From NCBI GenBank assembly GCA_029851085.1, contig CP100318.1, positions 150,001 to 182,000 of the forward strand: DNA of 32,000 bases. The letters run 5' to 3'. The position numbers and the translations under genes were made by a program. This DNA is from Candidatus Saccharimonadota bacterium (GTDB lineage Bacteria; Bacteroidota; Bacteroidia; Flavobacteriales; Blattabacteriaceae). This document shows, one piece after another, positions 27,405 through 32,000 of this stretch (position 1 is the stretch's first letter; each line of letters opens with the position of its first letter). The notes under the pieces are model-generated. The model made no database searches and was not told the origin of the DNA. It saw only the letters and a list, made by a program, of their open reading frames with translations.

Positions 27405-27982
27405 TATTTATTTTTTTGTAATTCTTTAACATATAAAGCTATTTTCCAACGATCTTCTGTATTTAATTGAGAAGCATATGATCCCATATTATTTTTTCCA
27501 TACATAATAACATGATATATACTACCTATAGTTAAATTAAGATATTTATAATTAGGTACACCTAATATTTTTTCTTTTTTTACTAAATATCCTTCTCCAT
27601 TACCATCATTATTATGACATATAGCACAATATATTATATACATTTCTTTACCTCTTTTTAAATTAACTATTTTTTTATTTGGATCCATAGGTGAAATAGT
27701 AATTTTTTTGGATGCTTCATAACCTTCCTTAGTATTAGGTAACATATAAGGTAAAAATCCATTTTCATTTCTTGGAACAGTACCAGGAACTGGAATAAGT
27801 GAGGTAATTCTATTCTTAAAAAGAATAATATTATTATTTTTTTTATAAGGTTTTATAGCATCAGAATATGGTTCATAAGCTTCAGAATAATACATATCAG
27901 GCATATATACAATTTTAGGATATCTTTTAGAACAAGAAATAAATAATAAGACTATTGTTAATAGTATATGAAAATTTTTCAT
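27404..27982 (-). CDS. actE: Alternative complex III subunit ActE, monohaem cytochrome c lipoprotein
   Basis: 192-aa ORF with a lipoprotein signal peptide and lipobox (LLFISC) and a single CXXCH haem motif (CAICH). Confidence 0.8.
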   Translation of the reverse strand: MKNFHILLTIVLLFISCSKRYPKIVYMPDMYYSEAYEPYSDAIKPYKKNNNIILFKNRITSLIPVPGTVPRNENGFLPYMLPNTKEGYEASKKITISPMDPNKKIVNLKRGKEMYIIYCAICHNNDGNGEGYLVKKEKILGVPNYKYLNLTIGSIYHVIMYGKNNMGSYASQLNTEDRWKIALYVKELQKNK

Positions 27983-27995
27983 ACAAAAATATTTT

Positions 27996-28511
27996 TTATT
28001 TTACACTAATTTCTATAGCACCACTGTTTTTTAAAACAGTTATTAATTCTTCAATATTTGTTTTATTTGTACGTATTTCTATCATAAATTTATCATCAGT
28101 TGTACGTGGATCAGGATTTGTATTTTTAGCACATGGAAAAAGTTTACAACATATAAAATATGTAATACATATAAAATTAGCCGAACAAAATATAGTAATT
28201 TCAAATATTATAGGTATATAAGAAGGTAAATTTAGGAACCATAAATTAGGTTTTCCTCCAATATTTTGTTGATAATTCATAGTATACCATGTAATTAAAC
28301 ATCCTATAATAGTTCCTATTAACCCATAAATAAATGCTAATTTAGATAAATTAATATTTTTTTTTAATGATAAAATTTCATTCAATCCATGTATTGGAAA
28401 AGGAGTATATACTTCATATATTGATATTTTTTTTTTTTTTAAATAATTAATTCCTTGTAATAGCATATTATCATCATCATATAATCCATATATAATATTA
28501 TTTTGATACAT
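27996..28511 (-). CDS. actD: Alternative complex III subunit ActD (DUF3341)
   Basis: 171-aa ORF. N-terminal soluble part (YGLYDDDNMLLQGINYLKKKKISIYEVYTPFPIHGL) followed by two TM helices, positioned between actC and actE. It contains an in-frame A14 tract (T14 at 28427-28440). Confidence 0.8.
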   Translation of the reverse strand: MYQNNIIYGLYDDDNMLLQGINYLKKKKISIYEVYTPFPIHGLNEILSLKKNINLSKLAFIYGLIGTIIGCLITWYTMNYQQNIGGKPNLWFLNLPSYIPIIFEITIFCSANFICITYFICCKLFPCAKNTNPDPRTTDDKFMIEIRTNKTNIEELITVLKNSGAIEISVK

Positions 28512-29856
28512 TTGATTTTAAAATGGTTTTTAATTCAGCTTGTGCTATTATAGGAAATGTACGTGCATATAAAAGATATAATACAAAAAACAATCCTATA
28601 GTACCAATAAATATACCAATATCTACAAAAGTTGGTAAAAATCCTGTCCAAGAAGATGGAAGATAATCATGACTTAAATTTAAAACAATAATATTAAAAC
28701 GTTCAAACCACATACCTATATTTATAAATATAGAAATTACATATGACCATAAAAAATTTTTTCTTATTTTTTTAAACCATAAAAGTTGAGGTATTAATAT
28801 ATTACATATAATAAGAACCCAAAAAGCCCAACTAAATGGTCCTGTAGCTGCTCCAGAAGATAAATATGTAAAATCTTCAAAAATATTTCCAGAATACCAA
28901 GACATAATAAATTCTGATATATAAGCTAAAGTTACAATACCACCCGTAACCATAATAATAATATTCATATTTTCTATATGTTTTATTGTTATATAAGATT
29001 CAAGATGCAAAACTTTACGTGCTACACCTAAAATAGTTTGTACCATAGCAAAACCTGAAAAAATTGCTCCAGCTACAAAATAAGGTGGAAATATTGTACT
29101 ATGCCATCCTTTAATAATTGAAGTAGCAAAATCAAAAGATACAATAGTATGTACTGAAAAGACTAATGGTGTACATAAACCTGCAAGTATTAAAGATATT
29201 TCTTCAAACATATACCAATGTTTAGCTTTTCCACTCCAACCAAAACTTAATATACCATAAATTTTTTTTTTAATAGGATTTTTTGTATGATCTCTAATCA
29301 TAGCAAAATCTGGTATAAGTCCTATAAACCAAAATATTAGTGATACAGAAAAATATGTACTAATTGCAAATACATCCCATAGTAATGGAGAATTAAAATT
29401 AGGCCAAAGTGTACCTAATTGATTAGGTATTGGAAATACCCAATATGCATCCCAGGGTCTACCCATATGAATGATAGGAAATAATCCAGCTTGAATAACT
29501 GCAAAAATTGTCATAGCTTCTGCTGAACGATTAATAGATAATCTCCATTTTTGACGGAATAATAATAATACTGCAGAAATTAATGTTCCTGCATGACCTA
29601 TACCTATCCACCATACAAAATTAGTTATATCCCAAGCCCAATTTATTGTTCTATTTAATCCCCAGACACCAATTCCAGTAATAATAGTATATATTATGCA
29701 TGCTATACCTAATAAAGTAGCTATTATTGCTATAATAAAAGCTATCCACCATAATTTACCGGATTTAGTTTCTATAGGATGTAAAATATCTTGTGTAAGA
29801 TTATTATAAGTTTTTGAAACTATCAACTGATTTCTAATAGAAGATTCATTGTACAT
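28498..29856 (-). CDS. actC: Alternative complex III subunit ActC (NrfD/PsrC-family quinol-interacting membrane protein)
   Basis: 452-aa polytopic ORF with NrfD-like blocks (WGLNRTINWAWDITNFVWWIGIGHAGTLISA, GRPW, STYF). It follows the Fe-S subunit gene. Confidence 0.9.
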   Translation of the reverse strand: MYNESSIRNQLIVSKTYNNLTQDILHPIETKSGKLWWIAFIIAIIATLLGIACIIYTIITGIGVWGLNRTINWAWDITNFVWWIGIGHAGTLISAVLLLFRQKWRLSINRSAEAMTIFAVIQAGLFPIIHMGRPWDAYWVFPIPNQLGTLWPNFNSPLLWDVFAISTYFSVSLIFWFIGLIPDFAMIRDHTKNPIKKKIYGILSFGWSGKAKHWYMFEEISLILAGLCTPLVFSVHTIVSFDFATSIIKGWHSTIFPPYFVAGAIFSGFAMVQTILGVARKVLHLESYITIKHIENMNIIIMVTGGIVTLAYISEFIMSWYSGNIFEDFTYLSSGAATGPFSWAFWVLIICNILIPQLLWFKKIRKNFLWSYVISIFINIGMWFERFNIIVLNLSHDYLPSSWTGFLPTFVDIGIFIGTIGLFFVLYLLYARTFPIIAQAELKTILKSNVSK

Positions 29857-29859
29857 AAT

Positions 29860-32000
29860 TTATTTATTTAAATTTCTAATTTTTACTTGATAAGTAACAT
29901 TAGGTCGTGTACCTAAAAAATCTAATAATTTATATGTTCTATTATTTTTTAATTGTTGTTTTATTTCACTTTTATCATCATTAATATCTCCAAAATATAT
30001 TGCACCAGTAGGACATGCTTTAGAACATGCTGTATTAAATTCTCCATCTTTAATTATTCTATTTTCTTTTTTTGCTTTTAATATTGTTTCTTGTGTCATT
30101 TGTATACACATTGAACATTTTTCCATTACTCCTCTTGTACGTATTACTACATCTGGATTTAAAACCATCTTACCTAAATCATTATTCATATGAAAATCAA
30201 ATTTTTTATTTTCTACATAATTAAACCAATTAAAACGTCTAACTTTATATGGACAATTATTTGCACAGTACCGAGTACCTACACATCTATTATATGTCAT
30301 CATATTTTGACCTTGTTTTCCATGTGATGTAGCTGCTACTGGACAAACAGTTTCACATGGAGCATTATTACAATGTTGACACATAATTGGTTGAAAACGA
30401 ATTTTAGGATTATTTTCAGGTTTTAGTAAATAATTATAAATTTTAGGTTCAGAAATATTTTTTTTATGCAAAGTTTTAAAACTTTCTTTAGTAGAATAAT
30501 ATCTATCAATACGTAACCAATACATATCACGAGAATTTCTAATTTCATTTTTACCAACTACAGGAACGTTATTTTCAACATTACAAGCTATTACACAAGT
30601 TCCACACCCAATACATGCATTTAAATCAATAGAAATATTAAAATGATGACCTGTATTATTATCATTTTCTTTCCATAAAGAAATTTTTTCTAAAGGTAAT
30701 TCACCTTTTGAAGAAGTAATTTTTTCTTCTTTATTCCATTTTTCTTTTGTAAAATTTAAAAAAGTATTTAAATCAGTTTCTTTAGCTATTATATCATCTC
30801 TACCTACCATAGTATTTTGCAATTGTATACTAGCAAATTCATGAATTCCTTCAGTTTTTTTTATTATTACGTTATAATGTATTAAATTAAAATTTTTGTA
30901 AATTAAATATGCATTAATTCCACTACTATGTGTTGCAACTTTACCTTTGGTATGTCCATATCCTAAAGAGAGACCAACTGATCCTTCTGCTTGTCCAGGT
31001 TGAATAAATATTGGAATATTTATTATTTTTAATCCATTAACAATAATATCAACATAGTTACTATTAATTGCTCCAGTAGCAGTATTCCAGTTTTTTATAC
31101 CTAATTTTTGTGCATCTTTTAATGATATTGTTAAATAATTATCCCAAGATATACGTGTAATAGGATCTGGTAATTCTTGTAACCAAGGATTATTAGCTTG
31201 TGTACCATCTCCTATACTAGTTTTAGTATATAATCTTAATTCAAAATTGTCTATATTATTGTCTATATTATTAATAATAGAATTTAAATAATTTTTATTA
31301 TAATAACATTTATTGGTATGAATTTCATTGGTATGAATAAAACCATTAAAAAGAGCTATATTAAATGATTTTATATTTGATTTAGATAAAATATTTTTTT
31401 CCCAAAAATTTCTTAAATAATCATAATAATTGTTTATATAATTATTATTATAATATTTATATCCTACTGATATATCAGCTGGATTATTGGTATTATTAGC
31501 TGGATTATTGGTATTATTAGCTGGATTATTGGTATTATTAGCTGGATTATTAATAGAATGAATTTTATTTTTCCATATAATCAAAGAATTTTGAAATTGT
31601 CTAGTATTAAATAAAGATTGTATAGTAGGTTGTATAAGTGTATATATTCCTGTCATAGGATGGGTATCTCCCCAACTTTCTAACCAATGAGGTATAGGTG
31701 CAAAAACTTTTATTAATTTAGATGTTTCATCTTCCTTCATAGCAAAAGAAATACTTAAATCAAGTTTTTTTAAATAATTTTCTAATTTTAGAATACTAGG
31801 AAAACTGTATACAGGATTTACATTATAAAGTAATAAAGCTCCAACATTTCCTATTTTAAGGTCATTAATAAATTGATTAAAAATAATATTATTACTTTCT
31901 TTAGAAAAAAGAAATTTTTTATATGATAAAGCTTTGCTTTTAATTTTTAAATTAATAATTAATGATAAAGCATAAATTTCTTTACTACCATCAGCTAATA
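29860..32000 (-). CDS. actB: Alternative complex III subunit ActB (molybdopterin-oxidoreductase-like domain fused to a 4Fe-4S ferredoxin domain); 5' end beyond the window
   Basis: The track starts at M 31740, but the same frame is stop-free up to nt 32000 (..LADGSKEIYALSLIINLKIKSKALS..GALLLYNVNPVYSFPSILKLENYLKKLDLSISFAMKEDE..). The C-terminal half carries Fe-S motifs CIGCGTCVIACNVEN, CQHCNNAPCETVCP, CVGTRYCANNCPYKVRRFNW and CSMCIQ. Confidence 0.9.
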   Translation of the reverse strand, partial: LADGSKEIYALSLIINLKIKSKALSYKKFLFSKESNNIIFNQFINDLKIGNVGALLLYNVNPVYSFPSILKLENYLKKLDLSISFAMKEDETSKLIKVFAPIPHWLESWGDTHPMTGIYTLIQPTIQSLFNTRQFQNSLIIWKNKIHSINNPANNTNNPANNTNNPANNTNNPADISVGYKYYNNNYINNYYDYLRNFWEKNILSKSNIKSFNIALFNGFIHTNEIHTNKCYYNKNYLNSIINNIDNNIDNFELRLYTKTSIGDGTQANNPWLQELPDPITRISWDNYLTISLKDAQKLGIKNWNTATGAINSNYVDIIVNGLKIINIPIFIQPGQAEGSVGLSLGYGHTKGKVATHSSGINAYLIYKNFNLIHYNVIIKKTEGIHEFASIQLQNTMVGRDDIIAKETDLNTFLNFTKEKWNKEEKITSSKGELPLEKISLWKENDNNTGHHFNISIDLNACIGCGTCVIACNVENNVPVVGKNEIRNSRDMYWLRIDRYYSTKESFKTLHKKNISEPKIYNYLLKPENNPKIRFQPIMCQHCNNAPCETVCPVAATSHGKQGQNMMTYNRCVGTRYCANNCPYKVRRFNWFNYVENKKFDFHMNNDLGKMVLNPDVVIRTRGVMEKCSMCIQMTQETILKAKKENRIIKDGEFNTACSKACPTGAIYFGDINDDKSEIKQQLKNNRTYKLLDFLGTRPNVTYQVKIRNLNK
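31478..31551. repeat. In-frame 21-bp (7-aa) tandem repeat inside actB, about 3.5 units
   Basis: GCTGGATTATTGGTATTATTA at 31478, 31499 and 31520, plus a partial unit at 31541. It encodes NNPANNT x3 followed by NNPA. Confidence 0.88.

Noticed and set aside
27955-28221. 88-aa + strand ORF from the track
   Set aside because: It is antisense to the actE start and the actD 3' end, both of which have clear family signatures. No motif was found, so it is a chance ORF.
1-32000. Mobile element, prophage or horizontally acquired island
   Set aside because: No transposase, integrase, phage or toxin-antitoxin-like ORFs were found. There are no flanking inverted repeats, and composition looks uniformly AT-rich apart from the RNA genes and repeat cores.

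Overview
This is a very AT-rich window (by eye about 20-25% GC) with almost no intergenic space. Gene content and protein signatures fit a reduced Flavobacteriales insect endosymbiont. Urease plus alternative complex III, Suf and gld remnants looks Blattabacterium-like, but that is inference and no search was run.

Gene order, left to right: rng (partial), a 29-aa basic micro-ORF missed by the ORF track, a gldE-like CNNM/CorC protein, tRNA(CAU), valS, RNase P RNA, phoH, murB (frameshifted), murF, ureC and ureAB. Then come a 1.33-kb non-coding repeat region, initiator tRNA-fMet, sufA, sufB (frameshifted), sufC, sufD, sufS, infB, nusA, an MscS-type channel, a small membrane ORF, ferredoxin, ruvB, korB, tsaB, gldC, sufE and the ACIII genes actF-E-D-C-B (actB runs off the right edge). 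I saw no transposase, integrase, CRISPR/cas or compositionally foreign DNA.

The stand-out anomaly is the ureAB/tRNA-fMet spacer. Head-to-tail 59-62 bp units reiterate the tRNA's upstream region, its 5-nt leader and its first 8 nt 17 times, in two homogenised subfamilies. I cannot assign this array a known function.

Secondary anomalies:
- Two essential genes (sufB, murB) are broken exactly at A15 and A10 homopolymers, among many in-frame poly(A) tracts.
- Perfect in-frame tandem repeats sit inside infB (51 bp) and actB (21 bp), and a 22-bp duplication covers the sufA stop.
- The last 21 codons of one CDS are the antisense of a tRNA gene.
- The conserved-looking N-terminus of the MscS gene has no canonical start codon.
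- Palindromic and direct-repeat boxes lie upstream of the urease genes.
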